Shown here: positions 25,097 to 39,095 of the stretch, piece after piece
Numbering within the stretch: position 1 is the first letter of the stretch
How the letters are laid out: each line of letters opens with the position of its first letter
Source of the DNA: Lingula anatina
Taxonomy: Eukaryota > Animalia > Brachiopoda
Assembly (NCBI GenBank): GCA_051362555.1
Contig: CM120640.1
Coordinates: forward strand, 29,593,967 to 29,657,966
DNA: 64,000 nt
Direction: 5' to 3'
Notes under the pieces: generated by a model
What the model was told of the DNA's origin: nothing
Databases searched by the model: none
The model's input: the letters and a program-made list of their open reading frames with translations, nothing else
Made by a program: the position numbers and the translations under genes

Positions 25097-26027
25097 ATGC
25101 TGTTGGGTTATTTTTACTGAGTGTTTTTTGATCACTGAACACCAGAGATCTTTGAGTTTATTAGCATTTTCTGAGTAAATGTGATATTTATTTATCTATG
25201 AGAAAAGCACTCATCAAATTTACATAATTGAATAATGTTTGACTGCTGTTTGGTGTTGTGTGTGATCATCAGCATGGCGACATAGAGGAAGTTGTGGGGT
25301 CATGAGTGTGTACCCGCGTGTGGGGGTAACGCTTACTTGAGATCATATGCATTTTGAATTTTCAATTTGATACCACCTTTGAATTTGGATAAAAATGTCC
25401 CTCGTTGAAATTTTGGATCAGTCAAAAGACAAATACACCAATGTCAATGGCTGTAAAATACTTCACTTCAAATCTTCAACTTTCTCTTTTAAGTCGCAGC
25501 AAAAAAACCTGATAATTTCTTGTTCTGGTCAGTATTATGTGGTCTCGTATGCAGAGTTCTTGGACACTTGTTAAAAAACCAAAACAATTGTTCTTAAACG
25601 ACAATTTTCAAAATGCATAGAACCTCCGACACATTTAGTTGTAGATAGTTGTATTTAAGCTTGATTTACATCTCGAAATGCGAAGTCGTTATGAAAATTA
25701 CTTTTTATGTAGAGCCAAAACGTAATGTATGGGCTTTGCATAGATCTGTATTGTGGAATTGCTTGCATTTGTTTTAATAAACGTACATAAAAGCTGTAAT
25801 AGATGTAGTTTCAAAATTTGTAAAATGTCACATCATCATTCCCGACTCTTTTCATCAGCTCAACTCGAACCTTTGGTTATCAACTTAGTCAGTCGTCTTC
25901 TTCGTCTGTCGCCTTACCTATTGAGCCACTGTCTCAACTTGCTTTTCGTCATTCGTATGACCCTCTTATAGTAGTCTAAATTGTTTACTTGAGTTTATTT
26001 TTGCAAAAGGTAATTTGCTGGGACCTA

Positions 26028-26095
26028 GAAGTGCCAGGAATCGAACTGGCGACCTTCTGTCTGAGAGGCAAGCGCGTTACCTACTCCTCTAACTG
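26028..26095 (-). mobile_element. tRNA-derived SINE head or tRNA pseudogene
   Basis: Minus strand TAGAGGAGTAGGTAACGCGCTTGCCTCTCAGACAGAAGGTCGCCAGTTCGATTCCTGGCAC: degenerate A box, anticodon-like stem and B box GTTCGATTC. No intact acceptor stem. Confidence 0.55.
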
Positions 26096-26177
26096 TTCCC
26101 ACCCACCCTCCCCGGGTAGACTTTCTTCTTATAGTAACCAAAGGAAAATTTTAATAGCACTCCCTTTGGAATTCCAA

Positions 26178-26232
26178 AGTGCCCGAGCCAGGAATCGAAC
26201 CCCAACCCCAGGCTACCACTGAGCCATGTAGC
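26178..26232 (-). mobile_element. Second tRNA-derived head with internal deletion
   Basis: Minus strand TGGCTCAGTGGTAG (A box) followed closely by GGTTCGATTCCTGGCTCGGGC (B box). The anticodon arm is missing. Confidence 0.55.
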
Positions 26233-27057
26233 CATCAGTAAAAACACTATGACGTTTGGTATATTTAATAAGTTTTTTATTCAGAGAAATACAGATTGCT
26301 TTTATGTACTCAGTATTCAATTGTTTATAAGACATATCTGTAAAATATCATTGTCTTCAGTCTTTTTATTACTACAAGTTAAAAAGCGTTCTAGTAACTT
26401 AAAGAATATTATGATATTATAGTATAATATTACGATGTCTGTATTTAAATTCAACAAGTGTAAAAATATAACATTCTTATATATTCGACTTGACAAATAA
26501 ACTATCTACCACACTAATGGTCTTATGTTTGTTCTTAATGACAAAAACAAAAGACGAAAAAATATCCCTAATTTCTGCATCATCTGGTCAATAGAAGGAA
26601 AGATGCTGGTTAGAGAAAATTGCTTAAAACAATTAAATTTGAAAAATGAAATAATTTTCAATCACATAAATGGTCCCTTCATCTTTACCCAGAACATGGA
26701 TTTGTTTAACAGATTAATGGCAAAAATATCAGTTATTTTTCATGATAAAACGTGTCTTATTTTACATTGTAAGAACTATACGTTCAGAGATAAGTAAAAC
26801 ACGAAAGTAGTTTCTTCTCCATCATATGAAGGGCATTTACATGTACGAAATCAGCTTTTCAAGAAGGGATATTTCTCAAATGGAAATTTTTCTCAAATGG
26901 AAATTTCTTTATTCTACATACTTCACTTGTGACACAAAATAATTGATCTTGATTCGTAAAATGACATCTCTTACTCAACAAGACAGCAAATTTCAAGAGA
27001 CGATAATCCTTTTTTCTCACCTGAACATTAACAGAGAGACACACAATGAGCGTCAGT

Positions 27058-27059
<2 letters not shown>

Positions 27060-27100
<41 letters not shown>
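27060..27100. repeat. (AT)n microsatellite
   Basis: Perfect AT run. Confidence 0.95.
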
Positions 27101-27103
<3 letters not shown>

Positions 27104-30100
27104 TAGATTTCAGTCAGTTTTGAGAATCAGACTGAAGAAGACACTCACGCTGGTAAAAAGAGAAATTAAGAATTCGACATCGGACTTGTAGAATTTATCA
27201 ACGATTTCGGTTATGTGTCCCTTGGTAATTTAGGTGAAATCCAATATTACAGAATTCTGAATATTACAGAAAAATATTTTGCTTTAAATCGACATAAAAT
27301 TTGTGTATTTTTGCGTACTTAATTCCCATCTAAAACTAGAAAGTCATCCCCTGCCGTCTTGCTGAAGAATACTACAAATAGTTCCATTTTACATGTCACG
27401 TGAGACAAACTTGACACTACGATAGTATAGAACATATTTCAATACAATAAAGCAAGTTTTAAACTGATGACCATGCATTCTGATATATCATTACGTTTTA
27501 AATATGTTACATTTAATTCGTAAATTCGTAATGTTATTGAAAAAAAACACGTAAAAGACAAAGCCTTTTCAAATCCGTTCCAAACAGCATTTCGAGCATT
27601 TCGCTCCTTATGTCTTGAAAGGTTGATCTTATAATATGTCACGCAGAAATCAATACAACTTCAATTTAGCTCACACATTTTAATGCAATGAAATATTATA
27701 TATTAATTTATGAAATCTTGCCAATATTCGAAATGGAAGTGTACATTAAATTTTATAATTCCACTACCAACCGCTCACTACCGGGTACTTGTAAATATCA
27801 ACATGTCAATAGCCAGACCCTCACAAGACATTTCACACCATTTTTCCCTCCTTGGCCATTTCTCACGGTAAACTTCCACTACCACTACTATTTCTACCGA
27901 AGAAGGTCAAAATACTGAACAAGAAGTGCAACTGCATCTTCCTTTGTTTTATGAGACGTGATGAGATGAAGTGAAGGAGAAAATAAATGGTAGGCCTACG
28001 TGGGGAAAATGTTGGGAAATAGTCAAAACCACTTTTAAACAAACGGGTGTCAAAATACTTTTCAAAAATAAATCACAAGTAACTTATCACCAAATACCTA
28101 ACATTGGTTTCTTAAAACGTTATATTGATATGGCTGAAATTACGATATTCGTATACTTAATATCTAAGCCGCCTTCGCTCCACTTCCTGATCACTCAGCA
28201 ATGAGGCAGTGACGTCTCCTTCCAGGCTGTCCATCCCATTACATTCATGGTAGGGGGAGGTGGCAGGCTGAAGTGGCCGCCTTTCCTTTTCAACTCTTAC
28301 CAATATTTTATGGATGAAACTTCATTTGTAATTGACAACATTAAAAATACATAGGACGAGTTGGTGTTCAGTATATTTTCAAAAAAATACCAGACGAAAA
28401 TTAACTTCAGACCCTAAACCACCCAAATTGAAACGACATTATGTAGGTCACTGGCTATCTTGATATGACTCAATATGGCACACTGATTTTAATATCTGAG
28501 CAGTTTTGGCTGTTTGACCAATTAGACCGTACGATAGCGCCATCTGGAGGAAAATACAAAAATACTACGATCAGAAACTCGGCAGCTGGTTTTAGATTTA
28601 CAGTTTTAGGGATATGGGACGGACAGAGGATTACATTGATTTAATATTTTTACCTGCACAATTATATAGTATTGAAAACACGCATGAACAGTTTCGGACA
28701 AAGTTCACAATTTCACGCCTTTGTTAATCCAGACACTAAGTCTATTTTTCGAGAAAAGAACACCAACCAGTTTGTATACATACTGTATACTTACAAATGA
28801 ACAATCTGTTTTAATAAGAGTAATGATCCGAGCCATTAGACTACGGTGTTTTGACTCTGATGCTGTCTCAACCATGATTGTTAGTGAAGACATAACGCGA
28901 GGTGGGGAGGGGGAGGAAAAGTTCACAAAGAAATTACCTAATAAGCCATTGGAAATGGCAATATGATATTATAGTTTAAAATTAGATGTCGACGAACCAT
29001 TCAATAGAGAAAGTTGGAATAAAAGGAAATATGTTGAAATAAAGCGGCACAAAAATGAGGGGGGAAGGTATGGTAGATGGTATAAAAGGTTTGGGAGAGT
29101 CGGGGAAATTGAGTTTTGAGTGCCTCCGGGTATTTACCAGTGTCCTTTAACTTTAACACACCAGGTTATACAAACTTTAACAACTTTTGTCTCTGAAAAA
29201 ACCCTGTACAGATTTATCTTTTCTACTTATATAACTACCGTATGTTTCAACTATAGTAATTCACAAAGATGAAGTTAGAATTAAAAAATGACGTCTATTG
29301 AGAAAGAGAGCCTTTACTAAAAACGCAGCACTAGAAAATTAACTGACAAAGCGTCAACGCTACGAAGGGAACTAAAATTAAAATAATTTGTTATGCTGTT
29401 GTTATGCTAGAAAATCACCGTGGCGTTATAATTAAGCGCTGATTTGCTTTATCAATTTCTTCCTCTGAAATATTGCCCTAATGAATAAAAATGAAGCTTT
29501 CATACTCGCCTATCATGTCTTTAAATTGAAACTTTATAAATTTTAAAAAGAAAGAAATTATCGGCATTTTTCATTGAAATTAGCGTTTTTACAACGAACG
29601 CGACGAATGGCGCGTGAAAAAAAACGACGTAAAATCCTTACGCCGTGACAGTATGTGTTCTACTGTCAGTTACAGATGGAACATAAAGTGCCGACAGAAT
29701 TTACGTGAAGTCAAAGTTTGCTATTTTTGAACTACACAAACTGTCGGCGATCATCACATTAAAATAAGTCACAGCAAATGTTATCACATCAAGTATGTTT
29801 ACCTACTTGCACGAAATATTGCACATTTTCATATATGCACTAGGGCCTACTGTATTTGCGCGATTATTCAGAATACATCAGAAAACATAAAACAGAGGCG
29901 CTAATGAATGAGATTTCGTGCTTTTGCAGAACTGTCCCCATAGACAATAGACTAAAGAAGAGTAGTACAGATTGCGGTTTGAAAGACAGAATGATATATT
30001 TTTTTTAATTAAAAAATGATTTTTTACGAAATGAGATATTTGGGACTTTACAAAGAAATCTCTACAATATTTCAAAAATGATCCAGTTACATGAAGAGTT

Positions 30101-30799
30101 AGGCTAACGACGTGAGTGTCACCTCTACCTGGGGTGTGCAACAAGCCACACAATGAAGAATGAAATTTCGGAGCGCGAAAATTGACTTGTTTTAATTATT
30201 GATTAAAACAGGCTGTTAGCATGACCAAGTTATAAAACAGCCGATGAAATTCTTGAAACATTGAATGACTCGAAATGGAATTAAGTGAATTTCTTAATTG
30301 CCGATTTGTTTTTTCTATATCATTTTGTGTAGTCGAAGTATTTTATTATGGCAAACTGCTAACAACACATTTCTAACCGAGGCGTTACTATTTCCAAAGC
30401 ATAAAAATAGTTGTGTGTGTGTGTGTATGTGTGTATGTGTGTGTCTGTGTGTCGGGGTGGGGGACGTAGGGCATGCAAGGGAATCTCCCTCTCTGGCAAC
30501 TGTCAATGATGATGTCGGGGAGAATAGAAGAAGTTGAGTTACAACAGTGTTAATAATACAGTACTTGACCTCAGAGTCTATCTCAACATGATTGTGACGG
30601 TGTCCATGAATTTCATCATATTGTGCTAGTGAAGACAGCCATAAATGATAGAGGGCGCTGATATAATAATTTTTCTTATAATTTCTCCGGAGTAATATAA
30701 GGATTTTTTTAATACTCGAAACTTTTTGTACTGAATGCACTTATTTCAAAAGTGTCCAAAATTCTTCAATTTCGTTTGTATGAAAAAAGAGTAGGCCTT

Positions 30800-31617
30800 A
30801 CCATATAACAGTGATAACTGTACTTGAGGCCCCTGTTAAATATTGGCTGAAAATCCGCTCTTCAAAAAATTGTATTATACAAACATGCTATAAAGATATC
30901 CTTAACGATAATTTTGAGTGGATAAATTGTATACGGAAGGACCTTGAATTAATGGGTATGTCATTTATTTTTTATGAAAACATGTCGGATGTGTGTATAC
31001 TGTCTTTGATAGAACAAAGATTGAAGGATCATTTTAGACAAGTACTGACAGGAGAAATATTCACAGCCAGTAAAGGGCTTCTGTATCAACACCTTGTTGA
31101 TAATTTCACAGTGCAATTTTATTTGAACAAGCCAATATCACAGAAAAGTAAGGAACTTATCGCAAAATTTAGGCTTTCATCACATAATCTAGCTGTAGAG
31201 ACTGGCCGTTACACAGACACAAACAAGAAATTAAGAATCTGTAAGTTATGCAATTTAAACGACGTAGAGGATGAATTTCATTTTATTCTTAAATGCCCTC
31301 ACTACAACACGATTAGGCAGAAATATATTAAGAAATTTTATTATACAAAGCCAAGTGTCTTTTAATTAATTAAATTATTATCACTTAACAATGTATCGCA
31401 ATTAAACAATTTGGGAAAATACCTGAAATGTGCATCGGAACTAAGATTAATGTCAATCTGATGAATTATTATTATAAGTATTCGTATTATTATTATTGTT
31501 TGTATCAGTAGTAGTTGTTGTAGTCATGGTAGTTGATTAGATTTAACTTTATATTGTCACTGTTTTATATTCTGATGAGCCGTAGGGCTTAAAGGTTTAA
31601 TAAATTAAATTGAATTA
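30800..31617 (+). mobile_element. 5'-truncated non-LTR retrotransposon (RTE-X/L2-CR1-group-like): ORF2 C-terminus and 3' UTR
   Basis: KFRLSSHNLAVETGRY...RICKLCNLNDVEDEFHFILKCPHY (CCHC). A premature stop lies at 31365. The 3' end has stem-loop GAGCC-GTAG-GGCTT, then AATAAA and an ATTAAATTGAATT tail. Confidence 0.88.
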
Positions 31618-32365
31618 GGAGTGCCCACCTGGAAGAAGGTGGCCTTGCGTATGAAGTAACCAATCAGTTTTTAAGTTATGTGATGGACAGTTTAACTGAT
31701 AAAGTTTTGTATAAAAATCTGTAAACTTAAATCTAGGGGGGAGAGCTAGAGAGAGGAGGAGAGAGGTCATACTTGCATCATGTAACTTTTAGTGTAGCAA
31801 AATATATTCTGTTGAAGTTACAACATGGAGTCGTTTCATTCTTTTCCGTGTGCAGACTTTAAGACAAGGAACCTGGGAATCTCTGTAGCAGTATTACAGA
31901 TAGCGGTATCCAAAGATGAGCCTGGGCTTCAAGCCCTGGGGTTTTATTATTAAGGGGTATTTTATGTAATGTGGGGGGCCCGGGATGGTTTAAGGGGGTT
32001 TCCCACACTGTGATGCAAATAACGAAATTCAGAGAAAGCAGACGCGTTTATTATGAGTATCTCCATTCTTATGATTTCGGTTTAGAGATATTTTGGAAGT
32101 TATTATTCTTGCATAAGAAAGCACTCTTTCAGTCTGATCTTAAAAGTTTCCAAAACAAATAAATAAATAAATAAATAAAATAAAAGTAATTTCCAGCGCC
32201 CTGATTACATCACACATACCTAACACCGTATTTATTTATTTCCATGCGATAAGGACAGTAGGTTGAGAAAAATATTTGCAGGGGCGGGGGGGGGGGGGGG
32301 GGGGGATAGGAGCTTATTCCCCTCCCCCACCCCGCCCTTACATTTTCAGCCACGCCAGTTGTTAT

Positions 32366-32948
32366 GCCCCTATTTCACACAGCCCACGAATCCCACGAAT
32401 GGCCATGAATTGACAAATTTCACGATTCTTGGTTGAATCGTAATCAGTTCGTGAATTTCTTAACAGATTCGTATATATTCGTAGTCAGTTCTTGCACTTC
32501 TTGACCAACAGGAATTGGTGGCAAAAACTTTGATACCCCTATTTCACACAAACCACGAATCCCACGAATCGCCAGGAATTGAAAATTTCAGGATTCGTGG
32601 TTGAATCGTAATCAGTTCGTGAAGTTCTTAACAGATTCGTATATAATCGTAGTCAGTCCTTGCAATTCTTGATAAATCGGGAATTCGTGGCAAAAATTTT
32701 GAGCTGTTCAAAGTTTTGGCCACGAACTCCCTATTCCAAAAAATCGTAGTGAATTTCTGGACAATATTCGTTCGATTCCAGCCGAATGCCACGAATATTC
32801 GTAACACTATCGCACCTGTATCGTAACTGAATCGTAGAGCGTTTCGAATTAGACCAGAAAATTGGCAAAATCTCACGATTCCAGCCGAATCCTGAAATTT
32901 GTCAATTCCTGGAGATTCATGGGATTCGTGGTCTGTGTGAAATAGGGC
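32366..32948. mobile_element. MITE with ~70-bp TIRs and a tandemly duplicated left end (PIF/Harbinger-like)
   Basis: CCCTATTTCACACA..CCACGAATCCCACGAAT occurs at 32368 and again at 32537. The right end is ATTCATGGGATTCGTGGTCTGTGTGAAATAGGGCC. Confidence 0.82.
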
Positions 32949-33388
32949 CTTGGCGGAGAAGAGGATGATGGGCCCTGTTCATTCCTTTACCCGTTACATA
33001 TTTATAAACAAGTTCTTGATATATTGCATCGAGGATCGAGACCCCAGTCAGTCCATGGCCAACTTCAAGTGAGTAATGTTTTCGATGCCCCCCCTTCTTC
33101 TCCTACTCGGCGATTCAATGTTTGCACTGATGTCATATTTGCCTGCAGCTTGACAGACGAGACACTTACTTGGCATGGAACACCCCCTGACGTATTTTAC
33201 TGATAAGGTTAGACCTAGTGGAGTGGTCAGGAACCCATTACAGAGAACGACTTCTCACTGTCCTTGTTCATCCCCTAGCTTCAGGTTAAACATACCATAT
33301 AACATTGGTTTATAGTCATGTTATTCAATTGATGTTTTCATTCTTACAAAGTCAGTTGATTATGGACAGAAATTTTGTTATTTTACAG

Positions 33389-33422
33389 AAAGAGCTTATA
33401 TTGGTGTTACGGTGACGATGTG
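33389..33422 (+). other. Candidate 34-bp micro-exon, possibly upstream part of the EGF-cadherin gene
   Basis: Strong acceptor TTTTGTTATTTTACAG and donor G|GTAAGT. Two open frames (KSLYWCYGDDV and RAYIGVTVTM). The phase does not directly fit the exon at 59416. Confidence 0.3.
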
Positions 33423-35341
33423 GTAAGTGTGCTTGTAAATGACATTAGCTAGAGGATTATGTGGGCTTCATTGCGGCAGTTGCCCCTCTCCCAAAATCTG
33501 GGCTTCATGAATTATTGAAGACAATGCACAAAATGATGATTTAGACAAAAACGAATGACGGCGAAAAGACAGTGAGCAGAAATTTAGGTATCTCTTATTA
33601 TTACTTTTAGTGTTGGTGTTTTATTGTAGAAAATGCCCCCACCAATCTTTTATTGCTCTATTCGTTTTTTATCAACGTATTATGATGGGCCCGGGTATGT
33701 TTAAGTTGGAGCATTGATACAAGATCTGTAAAAGAAAAAAAAAAATGAAGAAAATGGCATGAAGAAGTTCTAGAAAAAAAGGTGTCTGGCGACACCAGTA
33801 CGCACTTTACATTTTTCTGTGGGAACAATACAATTTTTTTTCACAAGGAGGGCGCCGTCATCCATCAAGAGAAGAGCGGGTGAGGATGATACCTCACTGC
33901 TGGACCTGTTCATCTGTTCAGGTTTATCTCTTGCCTGTAGTAAAACGCTTTAGTTAAAGCATGGGCAAAATTACTAATAATGACCAAGGTTAAAGCTCAA
34001 GTTAGGATTTAATTTCTTTATCCGCGTCAATATAACCGTCGTCTCCAGTATTGATTTCGTCAGCAATGGAATAATACCGGGAGCTCACTCTAATGTAAAA
34101 GTAATGATAAATAAAACAATCGCCATTTTATTCTAGTAAATGATTTACTTTCGAGATAGTCTGATACATACAACAATGTTTTATATTTATTCCGTCTCTG
34201 CATAGCAGCAGCAGAATTTAAAGAAGGCCTTAAAGCATCACTGTGTACCCATTGACTGATTTTTATTATCTGTGTAAAAATTAAAACTGTTTCGTAATAA
34301 AATAAATATTTTGGTGATTGATTAACATCAACATTAACATTAACCCACCCGTAATGTAAACGTATTCGCTGTAGCCCGTACGTCGTTAAAAAAAACGCAC
34401 GGAAAATCGTATTTAATTTCATCGCACGACACGCTTTTCTAATGTAATCTAGGCATAAGAGTTAATTGTGAAATCTGATAACGGAAATAAAATAAAAATT
34501 CACTACTCCGGTAGATTTGAGATATCACTTTTTGGTGTTTTTGATATGATAATTCTGCTTAATCTAGAGTATTTTAATCCAAAAAAAGTTACGGATGCCT
34601 TCAGTCTTGGATATAATAACGTTATTCGTTATTTAGTCCAAGCTTCAGTGTAGTATAGATAGACCGCCTCGTAATAAATCGTAAATCCTGTCGAAAGAAA
34701 CCACTAAAAACAGCTCAGTCATCTTTGTTTCTTGTTCTGTTATTGTATTCTACTAGTTTTTTATCGAAAATTCATAATAAAGCCATGCTAACATTCTTAC
34801 AGGGTTATCACAAAATACACGTATAACAAAAAAACTTATAAAATAAAAGATATCAGGGAGAGATTCGTCAAGTCTTATGTATAGCCAAAATATCGAAAAG
34901 GCCTGTAGATTACGTATATTTAGATAAGTACACATACTCTTTTCATCAGCGAGTTTCCAAGACAAAGAAATTTAGGTCACGACAACTACAGAAATGCTCA
35001 TAAAGTATGTCCATGTATGCAATATGATATTTTTAAAATTAAATCTTAGACGATGTAACAACTTGAATTTGTTTTTTAAAAATTAAAGAACTAAAAAAAA
35101 AACCAAAACAAATATTGTGAGAATTCTGACTCAAGACTGTTTAAGTTGATCTACCAGTATCTTTTGACAGTATGTCTATGTATGGATATGATATTTGGTT
35201 ATTTGAAGTAAAATTTTATATAATTTGACGGCTTGAATTTGTTAAGTTTAACGAAAGAAAAAAATGTTGTGAGAAGTCCGATTCGAGACGGTTTATATTG
35301 ATCTTTGTTGATTGTTCCTATCACCTAAGAAATTTAACCTG

Positions 35342-35344
<3 letters not shown>

Positions 35345-35408
<64 letters not shown>
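35345..35408. repeat. (CT)n microsatellite
   Basis: Near-perfect CT run. Confidence 0.95.
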
Positions 35409-35410
<2 letters not shown>

Positions 35411-36684
35411 CTGTGTGTGTGGGGGGTGCGTGCGCTTCTCAAAATCAATTTGCTAAGACATGATAAAAGGAATCGTAATCAATCTTATTGGGGAATTCAT
35501 GATAACGAAATGTGCAAGAGAACTCAATGTTATTGTCTGTTTTGTAATAAGTATTTGGTGGACTGGGCACTACAAGTACCGCTGGACATGGAGAGAGTGC
35601 CAACAAGAGAAATGAGGAGCGATTACATTTTGCAGTAATTATTTCTCTCGGGAGTCTTTCGATGCACACGAAAATTGTTGCATAAGTTAGCTCAGCACCT
35701 GCGCTAATCATATTTAAAACACGAAATGCGGACTCAATTTAAACCTTTGTTACTGTCCCTCACAACACCATCTCACATCCACCTATAAGTTTATTTTCAA
35801 TAAAGTAAAAAAAATTAGGAACTTGTTAGGAAGCAAGTGTAATGTTTCAGAAAATGTCTAGAATGTTTATCTAAATAACGTAATAAATAACTTGCAGCGA
35901 CTTTCGCGGTGTCGCCCGGCTTTTAAAAACTGAGAATTCCTCCGTGGCTTATTTTTGTCGAAGATAATTAATTTTAGTTGTTTGATGCTTTTGAAATATT
36001 TTAGTAATTAATAAAACCTACATTTTTGTTAAGACAATGACTGAAGGCTTCATTGGGTATTTTCGTTAAAAGTGAAAACCACTTTTCATTTCCCGAGATG
36101 CTAGCAACGTTTTTTTAAAAATTATTTATTTATTTATTTATTATTAATAAGCGTCATCCGTGAAGCACCCCATTCCTGTGAATCGTGAAATGCGGGTTTT
36201 TATCCCCAGTCCTCAGTGAAACGAAGTCATTATACTTGATGATAGTTATTTTAAGCTCGCTGGACTAGCATTTTCAATGAGATACGAATAAAGTTTTAAT
36301 TAATTTATGTGATTTGTGATTTGATGATTTTTATTTTCCGCGGCCGTGAACTGAGATCAGTACTTTACCAGCGGGCCCTCATGATTAGCTGGACGATATG
36401 TTGACAGGGCACAGTCAAATGGTTTACACGAAACACAACAAAGCTGCATTCTCTTAGAAAGCCTTTTGCAAAACCTTCGTTACCAGGCATTGAGAAAATA
36501 AACTTGGAATTGAGGGAAATGTAGACCTTTTTATTAAAAAAAAATAAATAAATAAACGTGCAAATATATCTCATATTAGAGTACTAGCGCAGTCTGTAGC
36601 GCAGTCTATTAAAGTAATTTAAGTACGTGTACTAGTAGCTTTGCAGGGTATTTAGACAAAAATGACTAAGGGATCATTCGCAGA

Positions 36685-36890
36685 CCCTATCGTACTAACT
36701 TTGGATCGATCTATCACCAAGTGGATTCTCAGTAAATTGCTATCAACTTAAGCGGTTTAGATGCTAAACGATAATTAATTACCCCCTAGCAGCTTCAGTA
36801 GGCGTGACACACATCTGCTTCATCTGAAAGCAATTTAGCGAGAAACCCCTTGGAGATGGATCGATCCTGTTAGATAGATCTAGGTATGGG
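36685..36890. mobile_element. Diverged ~200-bp MITE-like repeat (copy 1)
   Basis: GATCGATC motifs near both ends. Its internal AATTACCCCCTAGCAGCTTCAGTAGGCGTGAC matches the reverse complement of 38974-39008. Confidence 0.55.
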
Positions 36891-37166
36891 AAACCAGTCT
36901 TAAGGTCTTTTAAAGTAAGTTTAGTATACTTTTAAAGGTAATTTCCTTTAATGCGAAGTTCCGTAAATGCTCCATTTCCTCCTTAAAATTGAGCGTTATG
37001 TTAGCAGTGCTAAGATCCAGCAAATAATTTAATTGTCTATGAGCAAAGTTAAAGCAAAAATATATATATATGATAACAATAAAAAAAAGATCAAAAGATA
37101 AAAAAAGAATTTAAAATTACCTTTTATGTAGTAATTATATTCTCCATCAATTATCAATAATATATC

Positions 37167-38743
37167 CAGGGTTCTCCCCAGAAATTGAAAATAGCCCTTA
37201 TTTTTTTTCGCGAGAGTACCGAGGTACAAAGGGGCGGGGGGGGGGGGGGGGGGGGGGGGTCCGGGGATGTGCCCTCCGGAGGAAAAAATTTTATTATTTC
37301 ATGCAAAAAGGGTGAAATCCCATGCAATCTGAAGCTGTCATTAAATTGTTACAACATAGCCCACGTGCAGGACCAAATTTTGCAGATAAATCAGGGCTAG
37401 AGACTAACTTTTATGAGCACCTGTCCGAATTTCAATCCAACCTGCCCAACAAAACCAATATTTTTTTTCTATTCATTCTATTAATTGAACTTTGTAAATA
37501 AATAATTGTAGTCATACATTTAATGCATTTATTACCAAGACATTCAATCAAATGAGTTGGAAAATGCACCTTAAAGTGGATTCATTTTCAGATAAAAAGT
37601 TTTTTTTCATACTTGTGAACTCTTGAAGATTTAATCTTGCATATAAGTATGATTTAACATAGTTTCAATCAGGGCTTCTCCTAGGATTTTGGGTACAGGG
37701 TCTACTAATTGTAAATCTGCAATTTGATAATAAATTCACATGAAGTTTAACCAAAGCTAAAAAAAATACAGGTGGGGAGGGGGTACTGTCAGATTGATTT
37801 TATTAAAATATTCAAAATGTATAATATTTGAATAAAGTTCAATGAAAAATTAAAGAATATTCATTTTATAATACTTTACTTATATTTATGTTAACAATTC
37901 AACTTTTTAGGGGTTATCATGTGTTTGATTTTTTTAATATATGAGTTAAATAAAAGCAGTATAAAAAAAGTCGCCCTTTTTAAATTCTCATATTTGTTAT
38001 TACTAATATCTAACTTACATCAATATCACACTGGTATATGACAGCAATGTTAATTTATCATATTCCAGCACTAAATTTTCAACTGTGAATAATATAGGTG
38101 ATGCTAAAGTCATTATAGAAAACATCATACAAAATTTCATGTTTTATTTTGGCAAATAAACAATATTTCAACAAGATCTTCAGTCCCAAAGATTTCACGT
38201 TCTATAGTAAGTAGATAGCATACAACGTACTTGATTGACAGGCAGTATGTTGCCTTGACAACGAACTAGATATATCTAGTTCATCCAGATCAATCTGGCT
38301 GTTGTACCCTGCACAGTACTTGTGTAGTTTCTGTTTTTGGAACGGTCTTTATCTCTAGAGCACGAAGATTTTTAACCAAATAAGTATTCAGTAGTGAGCC
38401 TGTTATGTGAATAAATTTTGCCTTGTGAAGTTCTGGAGGGTGTTCACTTTCATAATTTGGCGGTAAGTTTGTTCACAATTCATTTTGCGACTGCATGTGT
38501 TTTGTGCCAAAAGTAGGTCACTCTTTTCAGTACCGTCTAGGAAGAGAAAAAGACGTTTAATAGTATGCATCAAAAATGATTTTTTAAAAGATTTTTGCTC
38601 CAAATTTCTCTTAAATATGACCTGCCCGTCGGACAGCCAACCCTGCAACTTCACCGAACTGAATTTTTACCTTAAAGAAACGTGTCGGCAAAAAGAAATG
38701 CGTATCGCTGCCGATACGCTATAAAGGCCTGGGGAGAACCCTG
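37167..38743. mobile_element. hAT-like non-autonomous element or composite with nested CAGGG-starting fragments
   Basis: Perfect 15-bp TIR CAGGGTTCTCCCCAG and CTGGGGAGAACCCTG. Further CAGGGC starts occur at ~37392 and ~37670. No 8-bp TSD match. Confidence 0.65.
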
Positions 38744-38897
38744 AAGGGGTAGACAAAGGGATCCGCTGATCCCAGTGTTATAGGTGTTATACAGTAGATC
38801 TGGATTCCTGGAAACATCTGAGGTAAACCTTTAAAAGCACTAGCAGAGTTAATAAGTAGCAATAGGGTTTCTATGATGTACTTGTCTTAGGCTCTAT

Positions 38898-39095
38898 TCC
38901 CATAGATTTTAGATCGATCTATCCCCGCGGGGAGTCTCACTAGATTACTCTCAGATAATCCGACTTAAATGTCCGTCCCGCCTACTACAAGCAGTAAGGG
39001 GGTAATTAACTTTCGTGTCCGCCCGGCTGACAGCTATTTAGCATGAACCCCCAGGGAGTTAGGTCGATCTAAAGTAGGTTGATCTAATCTATGGA
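38898..39095. mobile_element. Diverged ~200-bp MITE-like repeat (copy 2, inverted relative to copy 1)
   Basis: Termini CCATAGATTTTAGATCGA and GATCTAATCTATGG, with internal similarity to 36775-36810. Confidence 0.55.

Noticed and set aside
26028-26232. Functional tRNA genes
   Set aside because: No complete cloverleaf or acceptor stem; treated as SINE heads or pseudogenes.
21300-30800. Many 60-140-aa ORFs and isolated element-end-like motifs (e.g. CCAGTGTCCTTTAA at ~29140)
   Set aside because: No recognisable domains or consistent splice structure, and no partner terminus found by eye.
31570-31600. CTGATGA followed by a GCC-GTAG-GGC hairpin, as a possible hammerhead
   Set aside because: It is followed by TTAAAGG rather than GAAA and has no stem III. 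It fits an ordinary LINE 3' stem-loop before the polyA signal.
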